Positions 1 to 20,308 of a stretch of 64,000 bases of DNA are shown here, one piece after another. How positions within the stretch are numbered: position 1 is the stretch's first letter; each line of letters starts with the position of its first letter. Source of the DNA: Salpingoeca rosetta. Lineage: Eukaryota > Protista > Choanoflagellata. The position numbers and the translations under genes are program-made. The stretch spans positions 931,460 through 995,459 of the forward strand of contig JAWQFM010000007.1 in assembly GCA_033442325.1 (NCBI GenBank), in the 5' to 3' direction. The notes under the pieces are model-generated. The model worked only from the letters and a program-made list of their open reading frames with translations. It was not told the origin of the DNA and made no database searches.

Positions 1-23
1 GCACACACACACACACTCACTCA

Positions 24-59
<36 letters not shown>

Positions 60-80
60 CACTCACGCACACGTGTGCAG

Positions 81-175
81 ACGACAAGAGTGGTACGGGT
101 TCGGGCGCAGACTCGGACGAACCTTCAATGCCACCCGCTTTCGACTTCAACGTCGAGCTGGAAGACGAGAACTGA
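81..175 (+). CDS. Probable terminal exon of a gene starting upstream of the window (..DKSGTGSGADSDEPSMPPAFDFNVELEDEN*)
   Basis: A (CA)n intron-like tract ends in gtgcag at 80, followed by an open acidic frame ending TGA at 173-175. No recognisable family. Confidence 0.5.
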
Positions 176-1560
176 GCACCACGGCCTCTGCCTGTTTTGG
201 TGGCTGCGAACCACACACCAGCAATTCCGTGTGCGTGTTACGTGACAGCGCAACAGGATTCGTCATGTGTGGGCGGTGCGACCTGTGTGTGTTTCTGTGG
301 GTAACCTTGCGTGTGTTTTTGGGTTGTGCCACGTCAATCCCCGGCTGCTTCTTGCTCGTTTGTTTGTCTGTTTGCTGAGAATACAAAACACCATGTGGAT
401 GCGACAGCCTGAAGCTCAACACTTGCACAGTGAATCACTACTGGTTCTACGAGAGGGCATGTAATGGCGGCTGATGGTGGTCACACACACACATACACAC
501 ACACACACACAGAATGTCCAATCACACAATAAGAGCGCACATGCGTCAACGTACACACCACACCCTCAGTTGCACGGCACGCGGCACGTTTGCATGGTGC
601 ATATTCAGCAACAGAGGCACTCCCCCCCCTCCTTCCCCAATCACACACACACCAGGAAGCAAACAAAAATGAAAACAAGCACGAACCACGAAAAGAGGCA
701 CATCCCTGTGCCGCAAAACCATGATTGGCATTGGGGCGCACACGCACACGCACACGCACAGCTCAACGCAGGCTGAAGACAGTGCTGACGTGAGCACGAC
801 TACAAACAACAATCACCAATGCACCAGCGACAAACAATTTAAGCTCCAGCTGAACCAACAACACCAATGACAGCAGCCGCTAAAACGAAACACTGAAGGG
901 TGGGTCGGTCAATCAATCATAAAAGCACAAACAAGAGCGAAGCAAGAATGAACCAAATTGCATGCAAGCAGCCTCGCGACAACAAGCAAAACAAAAAATA
1001 ACAACAAGGGTTGTCCAATCGGTAACACCGCAACACGGCTGTCTGTCTCCACCTTCGTCTTCAGCCGCGCCAGTCTGCAGGGTTGTCTGTCTGTCTGTCT
1101 GTATCTGCGCAACTATCACCTCAACAAGCTCCATGACAGCCAGCTTCGCGATCAGCAACACTCGCCCATCCTTTTCGTCTCACCCAAAGCGCGCTGTCTC
1201 CGCTCTGTCACTTACTCTCTCTTCGCCGTTCCCTTTCTTGATCAACAAACGCACCCGATCCTCGTCAGCAGCCTCTTCCCCTCAGTACTTCGCACGGCAC
1301 ACCACTGGTTGCCCGCCATAGGATAATATCAGCCCAAACACAAGCGCGCACGCGCTGGCCGATTCAAGTCATCATCGTCACCACTGTCCTCATCACCATC
1401 AAGCGTGTCGCCACCACCACCGTTGTCATTCTCGTCATACTTAGCATCATGCCCCCCCACCACCCTCATCATGCGTGGCATGACCGGCACCAGCACCACA
1501 CCATAATCATCACCATCTCATCACCGTAGTTCCCACCACCGTCACGCATCCACGCATCTC

Positions 1561-3678
<2,118 letters not shown>

Positions 3679-4936
3679 AGCGTGTTTCTGGTTGATCTGG
3701 TTTTGCTGACGACTTGTCTGCGCCAAAGCACCGCTTGTGGTTTCTCTTGGTTAGTGGGTGCTGGCTGCCAGCAGGTGCCTCAGGCTGACAAAGAAACAGA
3801 GGCCCAGCTCAGACAAGCTGCGAACAACTGCGGTTGGGAATGGTGGTTGGATGCGACGCTGGCAGCTCGCTCGCTCGATGGATGGCTTTTGGGGCGTGAA
3901 AGCCTGTTCCAGCGAGGAATTTGAGAGGGAGGGCGAGGGTGGGTGCTGAGGGTGTTCACGTGTGGAGGTCGCACCGCAGATCAGAGTGTGCTGATGACAG
4001 AGCTGCTGAGGCACAACGAGCTGGAAGTGTGTGTGTGGGGGGGGGGGAGCGTGCAAAGTGTTGACGTGAGTGCTTGAATGGCCAGAACAGTCAGAACAAT
4101 CAGAATCAATGTTCATGAAGCTCAAGATTGGCAAGACGACCCAACGTACCGTCAAGCCTTTTTCTTGTGTTTCTGGGTGTCAAAGAGCGCGCGCGCGAGA
4201 GCGACAGAGACAGAGACAGAGAAAGAGAGGGGCGGGAGGAGAGTGTAGTGATGTGATTTGGCCACTCTGGAAGGCGAGTAGAATGGCTGGTTGTGTGTCG
4301 TGGTCAACTGGCGCTCGCGTGCGGATCGATTGCGGCGATCTGAGCGAAGGCGAATGCCGGGGATTTGCGCTTTTTTGTGACAGGCAAACAAGAAGAAAGC
4401 AAAGCGGCGCGTGGGGTGGTGGTGATTGCGTGAGGCGGGAGGGGGGCGAGTGCGCAAGAACGCAGCGAACGAAGCGAAGCGAGAAAGATGGTACATATCT
4501 TCTTTCAAGTATCTTTAGTGCCACAATCATGGTGAGTTTTCCCTAACCAACAAAATTTGGCTGCCAACCAACAAACAAACAGCGGAAAAGAAACGGGCGA
4601 GCGAGCGAGCGAACAAAGAGCACCTCGCTTACTTGCCCTCTTGCCCTCAAGGTGTGTGCATATGTGTGTGTGCATGTGCATGTGCATGCGTGTGTGTGTC
4701 TCATGTACGAAGCGAGCACAAAAACCGCACCGGTTGGCACTTGCTTGCTTGCTTGCTCGCAGTGACGCTTCAATCAATCCAATGCAAGCAAAGGCCTGTT
4801 GACGTGCAACAAGGTTCACAGGCACCTCCACCACACGCAACAGTCAGCACCAACACCTTCGCTTGCTCACCGTGTGCATGTGTGTCTGTGACATGTGTGT
4901 GTTTGCGCGTATTGGTTCTTGTGCATGCATGCAGCA

Positions 4937-5034
4937 ACAGCACAAGTAGCAGCAGCACAAGTAGCAGCACAAGTAGCACAAGTAGCAGCACAAGCAGCAG
5001 CACAAGTAGCAGCACAAGCAGCAGCACAAGTAGC
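4937..5034 (+). repeat. 9-12 bp minisatellite (AGCACAAGYAGC)n directly before ATG 5035
   Basis: About 8 imperfect tandem copies, in frame with the downstream ORF (would encode STSS repeats). Confidence 0.85.
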
Positions 5035-10889
<5,855 letters not shown>

Positions 10890-11205
10890 AAATAGCCGAT
10901 GATAGTTTTCCCTACGCGCAGCTTGCTGTATGCACTTGTTGATTCATTCATCATTGGTGCTCGCTGTAGTTGATGAAAGCGTCTTCACCTCGTAACCGCT
11001 CACCATGTTGTTGTGTTACATTCTTGCTTCCATTACCACACACGCATACCACTGCCACTTGTTCATTGCTGCTTTGCTGGCTGAATCCTGACCTACTTTC
11101 CCTTTCACTTTCTTTGTTGTTTGTTGCCTCATTTTGTTTGTTGTCTGCGGGGTGTGATGTGATGTGATGTGGCAGTGCTATGTGACTGACGTTGGCTGTG
11201 CCTGA

Positions 11206-11291
11206 TCTTCTCTTCTCGTCTCTTCTCGTCTCTTCTCGTCTCTTCTCGTCTCTTCTCGTCTCTTCTCGTCACACACACACACACACACACA

Positions 11292-11376
<85 letters not shown>
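11206..11376 (+). repeat. (TCTTCTCGTC)n decamer array followed by (CA)n
   Basis: About 6 decamer copies then about 50 CA units, intergenic upstream of Abi. Confidence 0.9.
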
Positions 11377-11379
<3 letters not shown>

Positions 11380-11537
11380 GACGGAAATGTTGATCGTGAT
11401 AATGCAAATTTTCTTGTGTTGATCTGGACTGTACACCCCCATATCAAATCCAAACCAACAACCGCTGTCAAGCTAGTCGTCGCAGCGATTCAGGCACACC
11501 CACTTCCGACACAAGCACGCACTGCAACAGAGCGATC

Positions 11538-11981
11538 ATGACAGACGCCGCTGACACCAACTACGACCACTATCACCAGCAGCGCATGCAGGTGACACCG
11601 GAGCAGGTAGTTGACAAGCTGCTTGGGCAGGAGGTGCCCAAGGCCCTGCATGAGCTCCATTCTTCCGTTGTCAACCTGTCACAGGTGGCAGAGCATGTGG
11701 ACCAGACATATGCGGCAGTGGCTGCAACACGAGACACACAGCAAGCCTTTGCGCAGGCCAAGCAGTTCACGGTGCAAGCCCTGGCCAGCGTTGCCTATCA
11801 AATCAACGCCGCGTCCACCGCCATCCTTCAAAGCATGGACGCCCAGGACGAGAATGTGCGGCTCCTCACCACAGAAGTCGCCGGCCCGCGCCGCGTACGT
11901 AGTCTTGTGTGTGTGTGTGTGTGTGTGAGTGTGTTTGTGTGTGTGCGAGTGTGTGTGTATGCGTTGTGTATACATGTGTGT

Positions 11982-12033
<52 letters not shown>

Positions 12034-12034
12034 C

Positions 12035-12074
<40 letters not shown>

Positions 12075-13368
12075 GTGTGTGTGTGTGCGTTGTTGTGTGT
12101 GTGTGTGTTGTGTGTGTGTGTGTGTGTGTCCTCAGCGCGGATTCAAGCTGCCTCTCTCTCATCCCCCATCTCATTACAGCTGAAGTTTGAACATGCGACG
12201 TGTACTTGATGTGTGCTTCTTCTAATATGAGCGCATACTCATCCAACAACGCACAACCACACCATATCGAACGAACCAATCAACACACAACCTGCACACT
12301 GAGCAGAAGATTCTGATGCAGGAGGAGCAGCGCGGGCGACGCGCCATCTCCGGGCTGACAGAGCCCGTGTCGCGAAGCCGCAAACGCATCTGCGCGCCCA
12401 TCGAGCTCGACATGACGCAGCCGCCCGTGTCCCGCCGCATCGACTACGACGCCCTCGACAACTTGGGCACCGGCGTGCGCGTACAGATGGCGCGGAATGA
12501 CGGCCACGCACGAACTATGGGTGGCCACCCTCCCATGCAACAGCAGCACCCTCATCAGCAACAGCAGCACATGTCATCCATGTCGGCCACAGGACGAGCT
12601 TCGCCAAACGGTCTTGATACGTCCCAGCTGTACGCCTCTGTTTCCTACGGCAACGTGTCGAGCATGCCCATGCCTGCTGTCCCGTCTGCGCCGCGCGTTG
12701 GCGGTGGCGATCCGTTGGACATCTACGACATGCCCCGCAACATTGGTGCACCAAGCATGGCGCCGCCAGTAATGCCTTTCGCTCCGCCCGCCATCCCAGC
12801 TGTGCCGGCCGTCCCGGCGCCCACCGTGCCCTCGGTGCTTTCGATGGCGCCACCACCTGGCCCACCCCAGCAGCCATCGGGCGCCACAGAGCCCGCGGAG
12901 GACAACATCTATGGCGAGCCGCTGCCCGCGTCCACGGGAGCCAGCACCACCAGCATGCCCACCATGTCGCTCCTGCCGCCTCCGCCGCCACCGCTCGCCG
13001 CAGCAGCAGCAACAACAACCGCAGGCCAGACGCTCGATGATGACATGTATGAAACAATCGACAAGGAAGACACAGCGGATTCTGACAACCTGTATGGGAT
13101 GGTGCTGCCGTCCCAGGCGCTGTCACCGCCGGCACCGCCAGCAGCGGAGAAGAAGACGTTTGACCTGTCCAATCTGGAAGAGTATCCGACGGCGGTGAGC
13201 ACGTTCGACTATGAAGCGGAGCGCGAAGACGAGCTCTCGTTCAAGGAGGGCGAGTACATCACCATCCTCAAGAAGAACGACGACGGCTGGTTTGAGGGCG
13301 TCATTGGCGACCGCCACGGCCTCTTCCCGGGCAACTACTGCGAGGAAGTGCAGGAGTCAACCACCTGA
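11538..13368 (+). CDS. ABI: Abl interactor (Abi) homologue, WAVE regulatory complex subunit; 2 exons (11538-11894, 12307-13368)
   Basis: N-terminal WAVE-binding region ([39 protein letters not shown]), [13 protein letters not shown] and [14 protein letters not shown] motifs typical of Abi, a Pro-rich region and a C-terminal SH3 ([25 protein letters not shown]). Confidence 0.92.
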
Positions 13369-13425
13369 TGCGCTTTGTGTGCTTGGTTTTGTTTGTTTGT
13401 GCGTGTGTCTGTGTTTGTCTGTGGT

Positions 13426-13489
<64 letters not shown>

Positions 13490-13789
13490 CGTGTGCGTGT
13501 GTGTATGATCATCGTGTTGATGAGGAAGGGGGAAGTGCTTTTCATGGTCTGCTGGGAAGCGGGGTGTGCTTTAATGCGGCCAATGTGTGGCCAACCAGGG
13601 TAACAGCAGGGGTGGGGCCAGTCCGGGGTTCAGTTTAACACAAAACAAAAAAGGAACCAACGCAATTAGCTGTACAAGCCGCACGGCCATCTCTTGAGAA
13701 GACACACTACCACAGGCACAGATACACACACTCACGCTAACACACACACACAGACAGACAGACAGACACACACACACACACACCACGGC

Positions 13790-14172
13790 TTATGCCATCG
13801 CAACAAGTACGTCATCCACACGATAGTTTGCATTGCATGTGGAAGCTTCATCCACCTGAAACACGAGTCGGGCGACGTCACCTGTGATGAGTGGCAGCAC
13901 AACCCGCCGCCATGTACCGGAAGTATGCGCCACATCTCCAAACGCGGTCTCTCCGCCGCCCTTGTCACTGGTTGCGGTTGCAATGGCTGAGCCGTCGCTC
14001 GCCCGCGCCGTCTGCAAACGGAGACATTGAGATAGAGAGGTACGCCAAGGACCAAAGGAAGAGGGGGGGGGGAGGAAGGAGAGGAACTCACACGTGAGTA
14101 AGCAAGCCAGCAGGCAGGCAAGCAAGCAAGCAAGCAAACAAACAGGCAGGAAACGTTTGAGTGCTCCCCCAC

Positions 14173-14210
<38 letters not shown>

Positions 14211-16806
14211 CGTGGAGGAGAGACGCGTACCACTGTGAGATGAGTGTCAGCATCGTTGTCGTCGTCAAACCAGAAGTCAAACGAGACATAGCAGCCACCC
14301 GTGCAGTCAAACGGCCCAGACAAGCGAACACCATCACCACACGCGTCCTCGAAAGAGAGGTAGCGGTTGCGATCCAAGCTTGCAGAGGATCGAACAGCGA
14401 CAGCCGTGCTTGTTGGCGGCTGTACAGCAACATCCCCAATGCCTGAATACGAGATACGCGAGATGCGATGGATACAAAGGATGCAGTGGAGAGTGGTGAG
14501 CGACGGCGTGATCGGAGTGCGAACGAGAGGATCAAGCACACAGCACCTCCCCGGTGTTGGACCGGAGCAAAGAGTAGGAGCCACAACCAAGCGTTGCCAA
14601 AGACGCCTCGAAGGAGCACAAGGCGTGCAAGGGCACACGTTGTAACCATACGATACAATACGATGATGCACCTCTGAGCAGACAACGTAATTACACAGAA
14701 CAAACACACACACACGAATGAAGCCCAACCTGATAGTGGCGTGCCGACTGGGGCTGTGACGAAATCAAGACAGCGCAGGACACGGTCCTCAAATAGAGAC
14801 CAAGTCCAATCACAGAACGATGCACAATCGCCCATGCCGGCTGTTGCCAGTGGTCGATTGTTGCAGCGACAGTAGTGTGCACCCACGCCATCCACGCACG
14901 TGTCATCACAGCCACCGTTGTCTGTGTCGCAGGGGTTGGCATCTGGTCGAAACACAGCGAATAAATGCCCACAACAGTTGCGGTTGTGCATGCAAGCAAA
15001 TCAGACGACCCAAAAGCAGAATGAGCGGAACCATGAAACGTCTTTGTGATCAGAACTACTTCAATGCAGAAAGAACGCAGTAGTGCGTGCCGCTCACGGT
15101 GTCACGGCTTGATCATAACAGCGACACAACTGCACGCGATACGAACACCCCGGCTGCAAGAGAGGCAGCTGGTCAGTCGCCCCGTACCTTGGTCACAGAA
15201 GCGGCCCGTAAACTCATCGGTACACTCGCATTCGAAGCAGTAAGTATTGGTGACGTCATCAACACAGGACGTGTTGGTCACGCAGGTGGCACCGTTCTTA
15301 CACGGGTCGCGCAGGCACGGAAAGGCAAAGCACTCGAGCTCCTGTGCAATCTCGAGAAGGCAGGAGCAGTTGCTTTCGTCAGCCTGGAGAAGATAGTCTG
15401 GGTCGGCGAAGAAGCACATCGGCGTGGCATCACCGCACGATGTGGCATCTGCAATGGCAGTTGCCGCTGCAAGGCAGTCATCCTCCGTGTTGAAGGAAGG
15501 ACTGATGATGCCGTTGGATGTGGCGCACCCGGCCTGTTCGTGGACAAGTCATGGTGCAACGAGTGAGTGAGTGTGTGTGAGTGAGCGTGCGTGTGTGTGT
15601 GTGAGTGTGTGTGAGTGAGCGTGCGTGTGTGTGCGCAATGTGAGTGAGTGCGTGTAAGCGCGTGAGTGCGTGTGAGTGAGTGAGCATGTGCGTGTTTTTT
15701 TCCTGTTCGGCTGAACGCTGGAGTGTGAAAGATGGCGCAAACGACGACCGCGAATCATATTTTATCCAATCCACTGTGTCACAAACTCACCTCTGTGAGC
15801 TGTGCACGAAATCCGAGCGTACGTGCCCACATGTCACATTCATCTGCGTCCGTGAAATAAGGGAAGCACTGGCCACCTGCATGCGATCACGCAGCATGCA
15901 GTCGGAGGTCGAGCAAGAGCACATGTGTGAGGCAATCAAAACGAACGCATCACATACATACATAATCGTCACTTGTGCGCACGAATTGGGGAGTGAAACT
16001 GTGCTTGCAAGCAAGTAACGCAGCCGAGTGAGGATTCCTCACCGACAGTGATGGTCATTGGTGCAGTTAAATTGAACCCTTCGCAAGGAAGGAACGTCGT
16101 CGTCGTCGTCGTCGTCGTCGTTGTTGTTGTTGTTGTCGTTGTTGTTGTCGTCGTTGTTGTTGTTGTCGTCGTCGTTGTTGTTGTTGTCGTTGTTGTTGTC
16201 GTTGTTGCTGTCGTTGTTGCTGTCGTCGTTGTTGGTGTGGTGGTAGGTGAAGAAGCATCAGCCGCAGCCGTGGTGGTAGTGGTGGTGGCCGTTGTCGTTG
16301 TCGTGGTGGTCGTTGTCGTCGTTTCACCGGTGGTGGAAGTTGTGGTTGTTGTAGTTGTGGTTGTAGTTCGCAGCGTTGTGGTGGTCGTTGTCGTTGTCGG
16401 CAGGGTCGTAGTCGTGGTTGTTGTAGTGAAGACCGCACTGCTTGTCGTGGTGGTTGTTGTTGTCGTGGTGGTTGTGTCGACAGCCGTTGTCTCGGGCATG
16501 GCGTGACAGATTTCGCGGGTGAGCGCCTCCCAGAAGCAGTCACAGTCCTCATAGTCTGCCAAGACTGTAAAACGAGAGAAAGCGCACAAGCGCACAGGAG
16601 CACAGGTACGTGTGTGTGTGTGTCAAGGGTATACGATACATGTATTCTTGCAAGGCAAGGCGGGCGCGTGTGAAAGGTCAAGCGTTTCACAGCTCATCGC
16701 TGCAGTGTAGCACGTACTGAGGAATGTGTTGCTCTGGCAGTCGGGCATTCCATTTCCACATGGCAGGTTTGATGTGATGCCGGGAAGGCTGCGCGAGCAT
16801 GTACGT

Positions 16807-16853
<47 letters not shown>

Positions 16854-17218
16854 AGGGGAAAGTGACATGAGCGGGCACGGCAGCAAGGTGCACCATCAAG
16901 ACGGCTACGGGCACTGTTCGTGTGGTTGGTTGGGGTACGCACTCGTTGCAGCCCTGGGAAACGTGCACACGAAAGCTTGGAAAGCCCGTGTTGGGGCAGC
17001 TCGCGCTGATGAAGCGGCCTTGGCTGTCCGCATACTGCACAAGACCGTCTGCCCACTCCGTGCAGGCCGTCTCATCTAAAACACATGTGTACACATACCA
17101 GCGGCATGAGGCGGCAGAGTGAAGCGTTGACAAGAGCAAACGACACAAAGTGCTCAGTGTCATCGTGGCCTGGCAGGGAAAGCACGCAACCACATACAAA
17201 CCAGAGACACTCTCACTG

Positions 17219-17250
<32 letters not shown>

Positions 17251-18550
17251 GCGCGCGCACACAGACACAGACACACACACACACACACATACCGGCAAAG
17301 GTGGCGTAGCAGTCTCCGCCAATGTCGGTGCTGGTAGGGATCGTAAGATCACAGGACAGCGCGGGCGCGGTGACATTGGCTTGTACGTCATCAAACGCAA
17401 GCTGCGATCCGTCTGCCTGGGAGTTGCAAGCAAGTACAATCTGGAACCCCGACAGAGCCTCCATGGCTTCGTAAGAGACGGTGAAAGTAGAGAATGTCCC
17501 TGCCATCACATCACCCTCGGTGATATCGCTGCTTGCGAGGGTTGCGCCTGTGCTTGGGTGTGCAATTGTCACTGACGCTGGCAGTGCCCCCGCAACCATG
17601 GTCCGCGCCGTCTGTGCGCATGTGTTTGTGTGCGTGCATGTGTGTGTGTGCGTGTGTGTGTGTGTGTGCATATCCAAAGTAACAGACAAACCCCAAGAGG
17701 GCATGAGGGAAACTTGCTGTCGAACTGATGGTCCCATACTGATACAGGCACATGCGTGCATGCAAATCCAACAACCACACGCAAAGCAGTGACGCGGTGG
17801 AGGAGGATACACGCAAACACATTGCCAGCGAGGACAAGCAAGGCAACTGCAGAAAAGACGGCGTGCTGCAGGCACACACACACAAGCAGAAAAGACTACG
17901 GGCTGCACACCCAGAAGCCCAGAGACAGAGACACAAACAAGCACACACACACGCACAGACGGACACACACACACACACACACACAGACAGACACACACAG
18001 ACAAACACACACACACAGACAGACAGACAGACAGACAGACACACACACACGCACGCACCGCTTGCACTGTGACGGAGATGGTATCTCCTTGATCGATGGT
18101 CTGGACAACGGCGAGGGCGGCTTCGCCTTGTTGCTGCACAACCAAGACGTTGGAGCCGTCTGGCACTTGTGGCAGGTCCTGTGACAGCGGGTTGAGGACG
18201 CCAGCGTCCGTGACAGACCAGCCCGTGACGGTGTTGGATGTGGCACCGTCGGATAGCGCATCTTCTTCAAAGCTGGGGTTGAGGAGCGCAACTGACGCAG
18301 CAAGTGCACGCTGCTGAGGCAGCAGCAGCAGCAGCAGCACCATTACCACTGCTGGCGCAGCAGGAAACCACCTCGGTGTCGACCTCGGCGAGTAGCTGTG
18401 GGATTTGCATGCATGTGGTGCACAATCCCGTGTCTGCTGTGCACGTTGGCCAGGGCTGCGGTCACATTGATGCTGCATATGTCCCTGCTGGTGTGTTGCA
18501 GGTGGTGTTCTCTGTCGCCTCCTCCTCCTTCCCGATCCCCAGGCTGGCAT
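13790..18550 (-). CDS. Secreted multidomain protein: beta-sandwich (CBM-like), Cys-rich domain, Thr mucin tract, Cys-rich domain, 2 EGF, beta-sandwich (MAM/CBM-like); about 10 exons
   Basis: Hydrophobic signal segment MVLLLLLLPQQRALA (alternative ATG 18343), LLNPSFEED..VTGW motif, a Thr-rich tract of about 130 residues, EGF motifs CLRDPCKNGATC..CECTDEFTGRFC and CDTDNGGCDDTC..YCRC, no C-terminal TM segment. Spliced in frame by hand. Confidence 0.72.
16095..16490 (-). repeat. Coding (ACN)n trinucleotide tract encoding a poly-Thr mucin-like segment
   Basis: (gtt/gtc/gtg)n on the + strand, in frame within the secreted protein. Confidence 0.9.
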
Positions 18551-19260
18551 GCTGCTCGTTAACAGCAATCCCTCGACCGTACCCAAACCGTCAACACCGA
18601 TATGCCACGGCAGCTGCAGCAGCTACCAGCAGCTCGAGCAGAACGTGCTTGCTTGCAAGCAAATCGAATCACAGGTGTGCTAAAACGCTGGATTGGATGG
18701 AGATGGGTGGCAACAAAGGAGCCTCAGCGAGAGCAAGGGCGCGTGGGAAGGTGGGAGGTTTGCTTGTTGTTGATTGACGGTGGTGTGACGAGGGAGGTGG
18801 AATACAGTGATGAGTTTGTGGATGGGCTTTGCTATGTGGTTGACACGCGAGAGGTGAGAGCGAGTGGCGGGTGGGTCTACAACACCACACTCAAAAAAAG
18901 CGATGAGATGAGGAAGGACAACAACTTACTCACACTGGCTGTGCGGGGCGGTTTTGGCGGCACAAAACAATGCGGTCACCACGGAATCTTCTCCAACAGC
19001 ATTGCAAATCGCCACAATGGCCGTTCAAAGTCAAAGGAAACAGCACTGTTTGGTTGGTTGGTTGGTCCATCGGTGTCGTGTCCCGTCCCCATCTGCTCAT
19101 GGAGTACACAGTTGTGCCAACCCCCGCCCCCCCCCTTCGCCCCCAAATTGCACACTGCCTGTTGTTTCTCCCACGTCCCCATGTGCTTGCTTTGTGTGTT
19201 GCGGCGAGGTCACCCATCTCGTTTACGAACCAATGAACACCAAGCATAACCAGGGAGCAT

Positions 19261-20265
19261 TTACGCCTTGACAGCGTACACAAGCTTGGGGAAGGCGCGC
19301 TCGCGCTTAATCTGGCGCGCAGTCTTGGCGTTTGCCTCACGCTTGGTCAAGCGGCGGCGCATGGCGCGGGTCTGTTACGCACAGCAAGCAAAACCGATGC
19401 AATTGTGAGTGAATACAAACGGGAGACAAATGGAAAGTTGTGGTGGCGCGCGCGAGTGGGGTAGCGTGGTGTGGAGTGGTGTGAGTGAGAGCAGAGGGCG
19501 ACACACGTATCATCATCATCATCATCATCATGGTCGGGGATACATGCATCGGAAGAAAAAGAACGCTCCATCCGCGTGTCCCCCGGCTCAATGAAAAGAC
19601 GGCAGCCAGCAATCAAACACCACCCTCATCTGCCTTTTCTCCTTCCTCGTCTTCTGCTCCACCTTCGCCACGACCACCATCTAATCACCGTGCTGCTGCT
19701 GCTGCAGCAGAAAGGGACACATCAGTGCAACCCCCTCACGTCGTACTCGCTGGAGATGCCGATCACCACAGCCTGGCTTCCCTCCGTCTCTCCGCCAATG
19801 CATCATCACGTGGGCTTCTCTGTTCGTCAGCGCATGCAGCACGTGGCAGCGCAGCTAGCTGCAGTTCAGGCCCATCCACTCATCCAACCGTTCGCTTGTC
19901 ATCACACCCACCGCACCCACATAGGCACACGCGCAGCACACTCACGAGCTTGCGGCGGAGGTCGAGAGGCTTGTACTTGGCACCAGCGTAGTGCTTGCGG
20001 ACGGCGGCACGGGTTGCCTCGTGGAGGACAGTCTTCACAACGGCGACCGACTTGCGGACAGATTTGCTGTTGCACAGCGAGACACCGGTATTAGATGAAG
20101 ACGCGTGAGTTGCCCGGCCGGCAATATGGGCACGGGGACAATGGAACAATTTCGGGTGCAGGGGTTACACACACACACACAATCAACGTGCACACGAGTG
20201 CTGGGTGCTGGGGGTCGCCCCTTGACGGTCAAATAGAGGCAACCATAACCAAGCACGCTTGCGAC

Positions 20266-20308
<43 letters not shown>

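Noticed and set aside
4081-4110. Three AGAA repeats upstream of HSF as an autoregulatory heat-shock element
   Set aside because: Direct repeats with a 9-bp period match neither the inverted nGAAn array nor the 10-bp step-type HSE.
4556-4740. GTTGGCA sites as RFX X-boxes for the EF-hand gene
   Set aside because: They mismatch the GTTGYCA/GTTRCC consensus and lack a proper second half-site.
16048-16506. Poly-Val plus-strand ORF as a membrane protein
   Set aside because: It is the reverse complement of the poly-Thr coding tract.
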